Source of the DNA: a bacterium
Lineage (GTDB): Bacteria; RUG730
DNA length: 57,628 bases
Direction of reading: 5' to 3'
Assembly (NCBI GenBank): GCA_031551405.1
Contig: JAVBNQ010000006.1
Coordinates: 62,001-119,628 of the forward strand
Shown here: in pieces, positions 18,111 through 27,658 of the stretch
Numbering within the stretch: position 1 is the first letter of the stretch
Layout of the letters: each line of letters begins with the position of its first letter
Program-made: the position numbers and the translations under genes
Notes under the pieces: model-generated
Databases searched by the model: none
Told to the model about the DNA's origin: nothing
Seen by the model: the letters and a program-made list of their open reading frames with translations, nothing else

Positions 18111-20594
18111 TTGGACATAATCACCACTCACAATCACGCAGATTTCGACGGTTTTGCGTCGATGATTGCGGTTTCTAAAATTTTTGAAAATGCTAAAATT
18201 TTTTTATCAAGGACTTTGGAAGATAATCTAGCAAATTTTTTGGATTTTTACAGACGGAGTTTTGACTTCGAATTTGATTTTAACCAACTTCAAGCCTCGA
18301 GAAGTGGCGAAACAAATTTGATTTTGGTAGATTCTAGCGACTATTCTCATCTAAAAAAATTTGATGCAGAATTTAAAAATGTATTGATTTTTGATCATCA
18401 CGCCTCATCTGAATTAAAAAATCCTAACGAAAAATTTATTATAAAGAAAAATTCCGGAGCATGCGTTTCTCTTATTTTGGAACATCTTTTAGAGAAAAAT
18501 TTGGATTTTAAGAAAATTTTTTCGCGAGAAGAGATTTTGCTTTTTTTACTCGGGATTTATTCTGACACAGGAGAGCTTAAATTTCCTACCACGACCGATC
18601 TTGACAAAAAAATCGCTGAGCGTTTATTTTCAACTTCCGATATAACTACTTCCGAAATTCAAAAATTTTTAACAATTCCACTCACAAAAAATCAAAAATT
18701 TTTTTACAACAAAGCTTTAGAAAAACAAAAGATTTGCGAGCTTGGCGACGTAAAAATCAGTTTTATTGCAATTGAGCTCAAGTTTGATCCCGGCAATTTT
18801 GCGCCAGTCATAAATGAGTATCAAAATAATGTTTCGGTAGACGCGTGTTTTTTCATCGTGAAACGGAGAAATAAAACGTATATTATGGCTCGAAGCAAAG
18901 ACGACAAGATTTCTGTCCTGGAGACAATTCAAAAGTTTGGCGGCGGAGGCCACAAAACTGCTGCTGGTGCTGCTTTTTTTAATGAAGAATTGACTAAAAC
19001 TTTTGAAAATGTTGAAAAAATATTTTTCGAGCAGGTTTTGGAATTGCAATTTTTAAATTTTTTTATGAAAAACAAAAATTTTGAAAATTTTCGACTCGAA
19101 AAAGATATGGTTTTTAAAAAATTAGAAAGTTCGGTTTTTGAGGGAAATAATCTCAATTACGACGAAAGTATTTTTTTTTACAACAAAGTCGACATAAATG
19201 AAAAAATTATCCTGAAAGATTTTTTAGAAAAACCGGAAATTCTCGATATAAACAATATTTTTTTTATTTACGATGACGATCAGAATTTACAAAATATTAT
19301 TGAACGACCAGAAATTTTAAAATTCCTCGAAAAAATAAAATCGAAAAAAGTTTTTTATAAATTTTTTGAGGTAACATACGTTGATGGTTTTTCTTTGGCC
19401 GAAGCCAGCAAAAAAACTGCGCTAATTGTGCACTTTTTTTATAAACTGATAAATCTCGCTGATAAAGAAAACTTGAAAATATTTTTTGTTGGCGGACTAG
19501 TTCGAGATTTTTTACTTAATTTTTTCAAGAATCGCGAAAATTATAAAGAAACAAATTCGACGTTTTTGCTCAAAAAAATTATTGAGCTTAGCGACAAAGA
19601 TTTTGATATTACTTTGTATTCTGAAAATTTTGAGACCGACGGAAAAGACGCAATTTATTTTGCAAAAGTTTTGCAGAAACATTTTGACGAAGAAAATAGC
19701 ATTTTTTGTTTGAAATCCAGGCTAAACGAGGCTTTTAAAACTGCAAATTTAAATATCTCGATAAAAAATTCGGATTTTTCGTTCAATTTGGATTTGGCGA
19801 CTGTGCGCAGCGAAAAATATCAGAAATCAGGCGCTTTACCGATTGTAGCGAGTACGTCAAGTTTGGAAACAGACGCCAAAAGGCGCGACATTACGATCAA
19901 TTCGATTATGTTTTGCCTCAATAAAAATAATTTTGGAGAAATCGTAGATTTTTATAACGGAATTTCAGATCTAGAAAAGCAAAAAATACGTTTAAATTAT
20001 TCGTTGAGTCTTGTCGATGATCCAACGCGAATTTTTAGGATTTTTCGATTTTTGGTGAGATTTGGGTTTAACTTTGACGAGAAAACGGAAAAAATTTTGA
20101 ATAATGCGATAAAAAATAAAGTTTTGAAAAACATCAGCAAGAATAGAATTTTAAGCGAATTAAAAAAGAGTTTTTCTGAGGAATTAAACTTTGATTTTAA
20201 AAATTTGCAATTTTTGGATAATTATGAAATTTTGAAGTTTTTGTTCGAGGAAGTTTTTGCAAAATCTGAAAATTTTTCACTAGATTTGGATTTTTTTAAA
20301 AATCTTAATTTATTGAATTTTTACCTCTCAATTTACGATTTTGTGTACGAAAAATGGTTTGTTTATTTTTTAGGTTTGGTGAAAAATTTTAGTTTTGATT
20401 CTAGGCGTGAAATCGTAAATATTTTCCTAAAAACTCAAGCAAAAGATTTAGTTGAAAATATGGAATTTTTTTATAGAAATCCGGATTTGAAAGTTGGAAA
20501 TTTAGAAGTTTTGCTTCGAGGAGAGATGTCGAAAAATTTTAGCAATGAATTTTGCGTTTTCATTTTTGCGAGCCAAAAAACATTAATTGTATGA
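18111..20594 (+). CDS. cca: tRNA nucleotidyltransferase (CCA/A-adding type) with N-terminal DHH-DHHA1 domains
   Basis: HNHADFDG, DHH, SDTG, GGGHKTAAG; VGGLVRD, DFD, DLATVRSEKY, RRDITIN, DDPTRIFR. Confidence 0.85.
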   Translation: MDIITTHNHADFDGFASMIAVSKIFENAKIFLSRTLEDNLANFLDFYRRSFDFEFDFNQLQASRSGETNLILVDSSDYSHLKKFDAEFKNVLIFDHHASSELKNPNEKFIIKKNSGACVSLILEHLLEKNLDFKKIFSREEILLFLLGIYSDTGELKFPTTTDLDKKIAERLFSTSDITTSEIQKFLTIPLTKNQKFFYNKALEKQKICELGDVKISFIAIELKFDPGNFAPVINEYQNNVSVDACFFIVKRRNKTYIMARSKDDKISVLETIQKFGGGGHKTAAGAAFFNEELTKTFENVEKIFFEQVLELQFLNFFMKNKNFENFRLEKDMVFKKLESSVFEGNNLNYDESIFFYNKVDINEKIILKDFLEKPEILDINNIFFIYDDDQNLQNIIERPEILKFLEKIKSKKVFYKFFEVTYVDGFSLAEASKKTALIVHFFYKLINLADKENLKIFFVGGLVRDFLLNFFKNRENYKETNSTFLLKKIIELSDKDFDITLYSENFETDGKDAIYFAKVLQKHFDEENSIFCLKSRLNEAFKTANLNISIKNSDFSFNLDLATVRSEKYQKSGALPIVASTSSLETDAKRRDITINSIMFCLNKNNFGEIVDFYNGISDLEKQKIRLNYSLSLVDDPTRIFRIFRFLVRFGFNFDEKTEKILNNAIKNKVLKNISKNRILSELKKSFSEELNFDFKNLQFLDNYEILKFLFEEVFAKSENFSLDLDFFKNLNLLNFYLSIYDFVYEKWFVYFLGLVKNFSFDSRREIVNIFLKTQAKDLVENMEFFYRNPDLKVGNLEVLLRGEMSKNFSNEFCVFIFASQKTLIV

Positions 20595-20598
20595 AATT

Positions 20599-21690
20599 TT
20601 AGTTTTTGTTCGATTTAATTCCCAGGTAAATTGCTACAATTCCGAGGCAAAAGTTTGGCAATAACAAGCCGATGCTGGCTGGCAAAATTTTTTTTTCTGC
20701 CAGGCTAGATCCGAGAGCAAGCAAAATATAAAATATAAAAAGCAAAATTAAGCTGATTCCAAAAGCGATGGATTTTTTGTGTTTTGTTCCAAGTCCGGCC
20801 AGACTCGACGCCAAGAGCACAAAAGTAAAACATGCAAACGCGAGAGTAATCCGTTGATAGTATTGAACTTTTAGAGATGTGATGTCGATTTTTTCAGCCG
20901 CAAAAGTTTTCATCTCGGATTTTAATTCTTTAGCTGTCAAATTTACAATGCTTTTTGCGTAATTTTGTGTCTGATTGTTTTCGTTCAGATTAAAAGTCAT
21001 CGTGTATGTTTTGAAATTTGCTTGGGTGAATTTAGCGGGATTTTCTCTGTCTTTTTGCTGCATAATCCCGTCGTTAAGATCAAGCGCGATTCTGTCTTTG
21101 TTTTGTCTGATCAATCCGGTTTTGGCGCTGATTAAGAGGGGAAAGCCTAATTGTTCCGTCTTGTAGATTACGACGCCTTTTAAAAAATTTGTTTTGCGAT
21201 TTATTTTTTTTATATAAATTTTGTAGTTTTCTATATCGACAAATGTGTTTTCTTCGAATTTTACTGTCGGTTGTTCATAAGCGATATCGTAGTAAAAAGT
21301 TGTGAATTTTTTTTGACAATTTGGGACTATGTTTTGGTTAAAGTAAACCATAAAAATCGAGACGAGCAATGAGAGCATTAATATTGGAAGAGTGATCTTG
21401 AACTGTGGAATTCCGCCTGCTCGAATTGCAGTAATTTCGTTGTCGTCTTGAAGTCTGCCGATTGAAAGCAAAGTTCCCATCAGAAACGCCATCGGAAAAG
21501 TAAGTGAAGATAGCGACGGCAAAGTGTACAAAAATAATTTGACAACTTTTTCTGCCGCAACGCCTTTTACCAAAATTAAGTTCGTCAAATAAAAAATTTT
21601 TTCCATCAAAAGTATGAACGTAAAAACTATTAATCCAAGCAAAAATTGAGGAATAAATTCTCGCAGAACGTATTTATTGATTATTTTCAT
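20599..21690 (-). CDS. lptF: LPS export permease LptF/LptG family
   Basis: KYVLREF, three N-terminal TMs, DNEITAIRAGG, periplasmic domain, three C-terminal TMs. Confidence 0.85.
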   Translation of the reverse strand: MKIINKYVLREFIPQFLLGLIVFTFILLMEKIFYLTNLILVKGVAAEKVVKLFLYTLPSLSSLTFPMAFLMGTLLSIGRLQDDNEITAIRAGGIPQFKITLPILMLSLLVSIFMVYFNQNIVPNCQKKFTTFYYDIAYEQPTVKFEENTFVDIENYKIYIKKINRKTNFLKGVVIYKTEQLGFPLLISAKTGLIRQNKDRIALDLNDGIMQQKDRENPAKFTQANFKTYTMTFNLNENNQTQNYAKSIVNLTAKELKSEMKTFAAEKIDITSLKVQYYQRITLAFACFTFVLLASSLAGLGTKHKKSIAFGISLILLFIFYILLALGSSLAEKKILPASIGLLLPNFCLGIVAIYLGIKSNKN

Positions 21691-22202
21691 GCTTTCTCGT
21701 CATAAATAAAACATTTTTGATTTGTGATTTTTGAAATGAAATAGTTTAGATTTTGCTTTAAAATTGGATGAATCCAGTTTGGGTTTACCTCTTTCAGTGG
21801 CAGTAAAACGAACAATCTTTTCGTCAATTCCGGGTGCGGAATAGTCAACTTTTTCGTCGCAAGAATCGTGTCCTCAAAATCCAAAATATCAATATCAATG
21901 ACTCGATCTTCGTAAATTTTGCTTGTGGATTTTTTGTCGCGACCGAGTTTTTTTTCGATTTGCTGCGTGAAATTTAGCAATTTTTTAGACGTAAAATCCG
22001 TTTCGATTTGCAAAACTTGATTCAAAAACCAATTTTTGCTCGTCATTTGGAAAGGTTCGCTACAATATAACGAAGATTTTTTTAATAATTTTATTTTTGA
22101 ATTTTCGAGTAAAAAAGCGATCGCTTTTTCTAAATTTTTTGTCAAAGATTCGTTATTTTGTTTTTTGTTCGTTCCGAGAGAAAGGTGTGTGATTTTTGCC
22201 AC
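21687..22202 (-). CDS. folK: 2-amino-4-hydroxy-6-hydroxymethyldihydropteridine pyrophosphokinase
   Basis: LSLGTN, SSLYCSEP, FLNQV, RVIDIDIL, LTIPHP, RLFVLLPL. Confidence 0.93.
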   Translation of the reverse strand: MAKITHLSLGTNKKQNNESLTKNLEKAIAFLLENSKIKLLKKSSLYCSEPFQMTSKNWFLNQVLQIETDFTSKKLLNFTQQIEKKLGRDKKSTSKIYEDRVIDIDILDFEDTILATKKLTIPHPELTKRLFVLLPLKEVNPNWIHPILKQNLNYFISKITNQKCFIYDEKA

Positions 22203-22284
22203 GAATTTTGTCCCATGTTTTTTTATTTTTCAGTCCTCACGATGAGATTTTCATTTTTTTTCTATTTTTTGTCTTTTTTTAAAT

Positions 22285-22468
22285 GTCTGCATAGCAAAGA
22301 GAAGATGGAAAAAATTGAAAAAATCGTTTAAAATTTCTAACTGTTTGAGCCCTCACTCGTGAGTGGCGAGTTTTAGAAATTTAGATTTTAGAAAATTTTT
22401 TTCCCTATCTCTGAGGTACAGCAGACTGGCCTTTTTTGTTTCTTTTTTGGGCAATGTCAAAAAAGAAA
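22285..22468 (+). repeat. Long nested inverted-repeat (structured) element plus a second hairpin
   Basis: GTCTGC(22285)/GCAGAC(22421); AAATTTCTAA(22331)/TTAGAAATTT(22373); inner CACTC-GT-GAGTG; TTTCTTTTTTG(22439)/CAAAAAAGAAA(22458). Confidence 0.7.
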
Positions 22469-22646
22469 ATAAAGATTTGACCAAACTTTTGTTTTTTGAC
22501 ATCCGCAGGCTTTGCCGAAAATGAAAATTTTTAGCTTTTATTTTCTAAAAATTTTGTCTCGTTGCCAAAAAAGAAAATAAAGATTTGACTAAACTTTTGT
22601 TTTTTGGAATCTGCAGGCTTTGCCGGAAAACGGAATTTTTAGGCTT
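22455..22646. repeat. Imperfect direct repeat of ~83 bp, period 108 bp, two copies
   Basis: CAAAAAAGAAAATAAAGATTTGAC(C/T)AAACTTTTGTTTTTTG..AT(C)(C/T)GCAGGCTTTGCCG at 22458 and 22566. Confidence 0.85.
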
Positions 22647-22761
22647 CAGCATAACTCAAAGAAAAAAACAAAACCAATCGTTTTTTGCTCAAAAATTTGT
22701 TTTTTCGTCTCAAGTCCACACGTTTTTAGGCAGAAATATTGCACGTGGCGTTTTTTTTCTC

Positions 22762-22856
22762 AGGAAAACCAAACTAAGCGTTAGGTTTTCCTAACACCTT
22801 TCCTTAGCTCTCCTCGCAAAACTCGCTTCACTCCGTTTCGCTCATACAGTTGCGAG
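22762..22856 (-). repeat. Second, inverted copy of the structured core plus an adjacent hairpin
   Basis: Minus strand CTCGCAA-CTGTATGAGC...GCGAGTT-TTGCGAG (22856..22813); AGGAAAACC(22762)/GGTTTTCCT(22784). Confidence 0.65.
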
Positions 22857-23148
22857 CAAGGTTTTCTTATTTAATCCCCGCCTAATTTTTTCGTTCCTTC
22901 CTAAAGTTCAATCGTTTGCAAATTTTTACTTTTCTTTAAAACGGTAATTTTTTCATTTTTCGTTTATTATTTGTCTTTTTTTGTAGTTTTCTTCTGTTTT
23001 TTTGTTTCGGTTTTATCTCTAAAAATTACGATGTATTTTTTTTAAATTCCATCATGAAGGTAAGTGAAAAAATTTTTAAAAATTATTTTTTTTGCTTGAA
23101 ATCTTATTTTTAGCAAAAAAACCATACATTTTTATACAAAACTTAAGT

Positions 23149-23790
23149 TCAGATTACTCTAAAATTCAAGTCCTTTTCCTCCGGAAATTTGTGAGGCGGA
23201 ACAGTAGATTTCGGATATCCAATCGGAATAAACGCCGCAACCTTCTCGTCAGATTTTAAACCAAGCTCCTCTCTCAGCTCGTTTTGAGCCAGCAAAATCC
23301 CAGTCATCCAGCAAGCTCCAACGCCTTCAGCTTCACAGGCCAAAACCACGTTTTGAATTGCAGCTGAAACGTTTTGTTTCCCGACGATCGTGATGTTTTC
23401 CATGTATTCTGCTGTTTCGATCGGTTTCAAAATTTTCACGAGTATCGACGCAAAAGCTTTTTCTACAACTACGATTACAGCCGGGCTTTTGGTGAAGAAT
23501 TTGAAAAATGCGCTATAAGCCGTGAAAACTTTTTTTAGTCTTTCAGCTTCGATTTTTTTTGCGAGTTCTTCAACTTTTTTTTCGATAATTTGTTCGAGTT
23601 TTAGCATATAATTTTTATTTTTGATGATTATAAAATCCCAATTTTTTTCCTGAGAACCTCGAGGTGCAAAAAATGCCGCACTCAAAATTTTTTTGATTAC
23701 CTCGTCTGAAACTTCCAGGTCTTGAAAAGCTCGAATCGATCGTCGAGACCTTACTAAATCCCAAAATAATTCTTTTCGATTTGCGTCCAT
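23149..23790 (-). CDS. Nitroreductase family protein
   Basis: RRSIRAF, AP.G...NWDF, AAIQNVVLA...GVGACW, IPIGYP. Confidence 0.9.
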   Translation of the reverse strand: MDANRKELFWDLVRSRRSIRAFQDLEVSDEVIKKILSAAFFAPRGSQEKNWDFIIIKNKNYMLKLEQIIEKKVEELAKKIEAERLKKVFTAYSAFFKFFTKSPAVIVVVEKAFASILVKILKPIETAEYMENITIVGKQNVSAAIQNVVLACEAEGVGACWMTGILLAQNELREELGLKSDEKVAAFIPIGYPKSTVPPHKFPEEKDLNFRVI

Positions 23791-23816
23791 AAATCCAAAC
23801 TCCTTTTAGTAAAAAC

Positions 23817-24737
23817 TTATTTTTTGTAAAATTCTGCTGTCATAGACAAGCCTTTTTCGAGCTTTACCGGTTCAATTTTAAAATTCCGTTTCATTTTTTC
23901 AACATTTAGCCAGCTGGAATCCAATTCTCCGTCTCTAGCAGCGAGGTAAACAGCCTTTTTTTTGTAGTCATAAATTTTCGCCAAATTTTCGAAGAGCTTG
24001 TTCACACTAGTTTTGATGCCGCTTCCGATGTTAAAAATATCGTTTTCCTCGTATTCCAAACATGCAAGATTCGCTTTGACGACATCTCCGACGAAAACAT
24101 AATCTCTTTCTTGTTCTCCGGTTCCAAAAATATTCACGTCTAAATTTGCCAACATTTTGGTTGAAAAAATCGAAATAACGCCGGCCTCACCTTTTGGACT
24201 CTGACGAGGACCATAAACATTTCCATAGCGCAAAATATTGTAATTTATGCCGTAAATTTGCGAGTAAAACTTAATATAAAACTCATTCGTAAATTTTGTG
24301 ATTCCGTACGGAGAAAGCGGTTCTTTGTCGTCGGTTTCAAGCTTTGGCGTAGCGCATTCGCCGTAGATCGCGCCTCCGCTCGATGCAAAAATTATTTTTT
24401 TTACGCCAAATTTTCTGCAATTTTCGTAAAGATTTATTGCTCCCAAAATATTAACGTTTGCGTCGAAAATCGGATCTTCAACAGATTTTCTCACATCGAT
24501 TTGTGCTGCTTGGTGGTTTATAACATCAAATTTTATTTTTTCAAAAATTTTTTGCAAATTTTTTTCATCTCGTACATCCATTTCGATGAATTCTGCATTT
24601 TTATTAACATTTTGTAAATTTCCGGTCGACAAATTATCGATAATCCAGACTTTACAGCCGGCTTCAATATAAGCATCGACGATATTCGAGCCTATAAAAC
24701 CAGCGCCGCCGGTTACAAGAACATTCAATTTTTTCAC
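23817..24737 (-). CDS. NAD-dependent epimerase (UDP-glucose 4-epimerase-like)
   Basis: VTGGAGFIGS, HQAAQ, ASSGGAIYG, YGITK (YxxxK), RYGNVYGPRQ. Confidence 0.92.
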   Translation of the reverse strand: MKKLNVLVTGGAGFIGSNIVDAYIEAGCKVWIIDNLSTGNLQNVNKNAEFIEMDVRDEKNLQKIFEKIKFDVINHQAAQIDVRKSVEDPIFDANVNILGAINLYENCRKFGVKKIIFASSGGAIYGECATPKLETDDKEPLSPYGITKFTNEFYIKFYSQIYGINYNILRYGNVYGPRQSPKGEAGVISIFSTKMLANLDVNIFGTGEQERDYVFVGDVVKANLACLEYEENDIFNIGSGIKTSVNKLFENLAKIYDYKKKAVYLAARDGELDSSWLNVEKMKRNFKIEPVKLEKGLSMTAEFYKK

Positions 24738-24758
24738 AAAACCTCCTTACTTAAAGCC

Positions 24759-25394
24759 TCAAAAAGCCCATTCGTCTTCTTTTTTTTCTCTATTTAAATC
24801 TCGACTAATCGATCTATTTTCCGGTTCCTTTTCTGTTTGAATTTCTTCCGGTTCTTGTGTTTGTTTTTTTGTTGCTGATTTTGGAGAAGGGGCTTCCGGA
24901 GTAATATCGTTTTTATCTCGTTTATTGAGAATAGAATTTTTGTAGTCGTCTTTTGTGACTTTATATTTGAATTTGTGTCCGCATTTTGGGCACGAAATTT
25001 CTATCTCGTCTGGCGTCGGCGGCAAGAGAGTTGTGTCCATCCATCCTTTTACAAATTCATGCACATTGACGATTATATCGAATCCGTCTAAAATCACGTT
25101 TCCTTTTACCGTGATCAAATCGCGAACTTTCAGCTTTTTCAAATCTTTTGAAAAATTTTCATTATTGAGTTGATAGCGGAATTTGAGGCCTTTCACGTTA
25201 AAATCTTCAAAATATCCGAAATTTTTGGCCTTATCCTCGTACGAAATATTTCCAAATTTCACATAGATTAAAACGTTTTTGCCTTTATAATCGCTTGGAT
25301 TTGAGGTGATTTTTGTGGCTTTGACGGTTTCGTAACAAAAAAGAAAGTTCATTGCCAAAAATAAAAAAATTATAAAACTAAAAATTTTTTTCAT
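24759..25394 (-). CDS. Exported hypothetical protein (OB-fold-like region, CPKC motif, low-complexity tail)
   Basis: GAGGT RBS before ATG 25394, signal peptide MKKIFSFIIFLFLAMNFLFC, CPKCGH. Confidence 0.7.
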   Translation of the reverse strand: MKKIFSFIIFLFLAMNFLFCYETVKATKITSNPSDYKGKNVLIYVKFGNISYEDKAKNFGYFEDFNVKGLKFRYQLNNENFSKDLKKLKVRDLITVKGNVILDGFDIIVNVHEFVKGWMDTTLLPPTPDEIEISCPKCGHKFKYKVTKDDYKNSILNKRDKNDITPEAPSPKSATKKQTQEPEEIQTEKEPENRSISRDLNREKKEDEWAF

Positions 25395-25441
25395 TCTTAC
25401 CTCTTTTTCTAGGAAGTTTTCTTCTATTAGCGTGTTTTTTG

Positions 25442-27658
25442 TCAGTCGTTTTGATAAGGATATTTTGTTGCTAATAAATTCCATTTTTTGTTTAAATTGC
25501 GCGTCGAGTTAATCTCGTAAATCCTCACGTATTTTGTCGGATCTTGTTGATAAAGCGCCCAATCGTTTGGATAGCTTTCTGAGATTAGCCTTCCATTGTT
25601 TTCTAAATTTGCAACAATCGAAAAAACCTCAGTCAAATAATTTTGAAAAAAATCGTCATAAATTTTTATATCGTCTATATTCCAATACAAAATACCGTAT
25701 ACTTTTAGTCTAACTACTTCAGGCTCGCTTATAAAAATATGCGTAAAATTTTTCTGTTTTAACAAGGTCGCGAGCTCGTCGCCGGATTTACATTTTTTTG
25801 TAAATTCCACGATAGGTGTCATACTTCCTGGATTACTCGTCACAGTCTCACGTTCAAAATAATAACCTCTCGTCTCACCGATGCATAAAATTTTTGCATC
25901 TTTTTGAGTATTTTCATTTATCCATTTTGCCGCTTTAAAATACGGATTTGGATAAGACATTCTCCCAGTGGACAGATAGTCTTCTTTGTTTAATAGTCCA
26001 ATGGCGGTTTCGAAAGAATTATAGCTTTGATGCGTAAGAATTATTCCACTCGATAAATTTAAAAATAAAATCGGAAGTGAAAAAATAAGCAAAAGATTGC
26101 TTAAAAAATTTGTTTTGACGTTAGTAGTGTAGTACGCAAAAATTATTGCATAAATAGTAAGAATTGGGCAAAAATAACGCAAATAACCCTTGGCTATGGT
26201 TAAAGCACAAACCGTGTAAATTATTGCGTAAAAATTCAAAAATTTTATTTCGCGCCTAACATTTTTGCAGAAAAACACTATCGGTAAAAGGAAAATAAAC
26301 AAGAATCCCGGGAAACTTTCCTGTTGTAAAGCTCCGTTTGTGATATACCACGGAAAAAGCAAAAATTTTTTTAATGTCCATTTTATCTGCAAAAGATCAG
26401 AATATTGCATAAATCTATCGGTGTCTGTTGCTCCTAAAAATTTTGCTAGCGGGACGAATGGGTTCCCCCAGTTGACGAAGTTTTTCAAATACCACGGCGA
26501 AGCAACCAAAACCGCGACAAAAGAAAACAAAATTAAGTCGAGAAATATTTGTTTTGGCTTTGATTTTTGGAAAAAAACTTCATAAAAAAGTATAGCAGAA
26601 TTTATCGAGACAAAACACATAGCGCTTGTGTATTTTGAGCCGAGCGCGATTCCAGACATAACTCCGGCCAAAATCAGCCACTTTTTTTTGTCGGATTTTT
26701 CAGGCGAGTTCACAAAATTTAAAATTCCAAAAATAGCTAAAAATTCAAAAAATATTAATCCGGTTTCCAGCCCGATTCTAGACGCAAAAATAAGAATACT
26801 CGGTGAGATTAAAAAGATAACGATAGCGAAAATCCCGGTTTTTAAATTGAAAAATTTTTTACAAAATGAAGCAATTGAATAAATTGTAACTATTAAAAAT
26901 GTAAAATTTAAATTTTTTGCTAAGATTTCCCCATCGAGAGCGAGTCCAATCAAATAAAAGAGATTTAGATTCAACGGCATTTCCGATAAAAAATTAAATG
27001 GAATCGTAAAGATTTTGTGAGCAGAAAGCCAAATTTTTGGAGCAGCGATTTGATAAGCAAGCGCGTCGTAAAATGTTTCCGGAACCAAGCAATTTGGCAA
27101 AATATAAAAAAGAGCTGCGAAGCCGAAAAACAAAAATATTTTTTCGATTAAACCGGCAGATTTAAAATAACTAAAATTGATACGAAAAAACTTTATATTT
27201 TTAACGAACACAATTACGCCAATTCCGAGTATAAAGAATAACAATATTTTATGTAAAATTCCTAAAATTCCAAGTAAAAAAACCATTAAAATCAAAAAAC
27301 TTATCCCAAGCGCAATTGAAAAAATATTAAATTCGCTGTTTTTCAGACTGGAAAAATTGAAAAATTTTAGAAAAAACGAACCAAATCCAAAGCTCGCCGC
27401 GTAGACTAGAAGTATTTCAAAAAATCTGTAAAAATGTCCGATTACGTAAGAAATGTCGAAATTGTGATAATTTTTATAAGTCGTCATTTTGAAGAAATTT
27501 ACAAAAATATCTATAGAAAACGGCATGTATTTCGGATAGTTAAAAAATAAAAACAAGAAAAAACTAAAAAATAAAATAGCCAGAAAATATGGGTTTAACG
27601 TCGGAGACAATGTGTTTGATATTTGTGAAATAGGTAAAATGTTAGATTTTTTTTTCAT
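25442..27658 (-). CDS. Polytopic membrane glycosyltransferase (ArnT/PMT-like, GT-C)
   Basis: Many TM helices, FYDALAYQ acidic loop, GSKYT, SPWYLKNFVNWGNPF, RYFCP. Confidence 0.7.
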   Translation of the reverse strand: MKKKSNILPISQISNTLSPTLNPYFLAILFFSFFLFLFFNYPKYMPFSIDIFVNFFKMTTYKNYHNFDISYVIGHFYRFFEILLVYAASFGFGSFFLKFFNFSSLKNSEFNIFSIALGISFLILMVFLLGILGILHKILLFFILGIGVIVFVKNIKFFRINFSYFKSAGLIEKIFLFFGFAALFYILPNCLVPETFYDALAYQIAAPKIWLSAHKIFTIPFNFLSEMPLNLNLFYLIGLALDGEILAKNLNFTFLIVTIYSIASFCKKFFNLKTGIFAIVIFLISPSILIFASRIGLETGLIFFEFLAIFGILNFVNSPEKSDKKKWLILAGVMSGIALGSKYTSAMCFVSINSAILFYEVFFQKSKPKQIFLDLILFSFVAVLVASPWYLKNFVNWGNPFVPLAKFLGATDTDRFMQYSDLLQIKWTLKKFLLFPWYITNGALQQESFPGFLFIFLLPIVFFCKNVRREIKFLNFYAIIYTVCALTIAKGYLRYFCPILTIYAIIFAYYTTNVKTNFLSNLLLIFSLPILFLNLSSGIILTHQSYNSFETAIGLLNKEDYLSTGRMSYPNPYFKAAKWINENTQKDAKILCIGETRGYYFERETVTSNPGSMTPIVEFTKKCKSGDELATLLKQKNFTHIFISEPEVVRLKVYGILYWNIDDIKIYDDFFQNYLTEVFSIVANLENNGRLISESYPNDWALYQQDPTKYVRIYEINSTRNLNKKWNLLATKYPYQND

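Noticed and set aside
22331..22382. CUGUUUGAGC...GCGAGUU core as a hammerhead ribozyme
   Set aside because: Resembles CUGAUGA-stem-GAAA, but the conserved GAAA and the three-way junction with a cleavage triplet are absent; the flanks pair directly.
22455..22646. Direct repeats as a mini-CRISPR
   Set aside because: Only two copies, ~83 bp long and imperfect; wrong repeat/spacer geometry.
22585..22794. 69-aa ORF in the intergenic gap
   Set aside because: No RBS, lies across repeats and hairpins, and has no protein-like motif.
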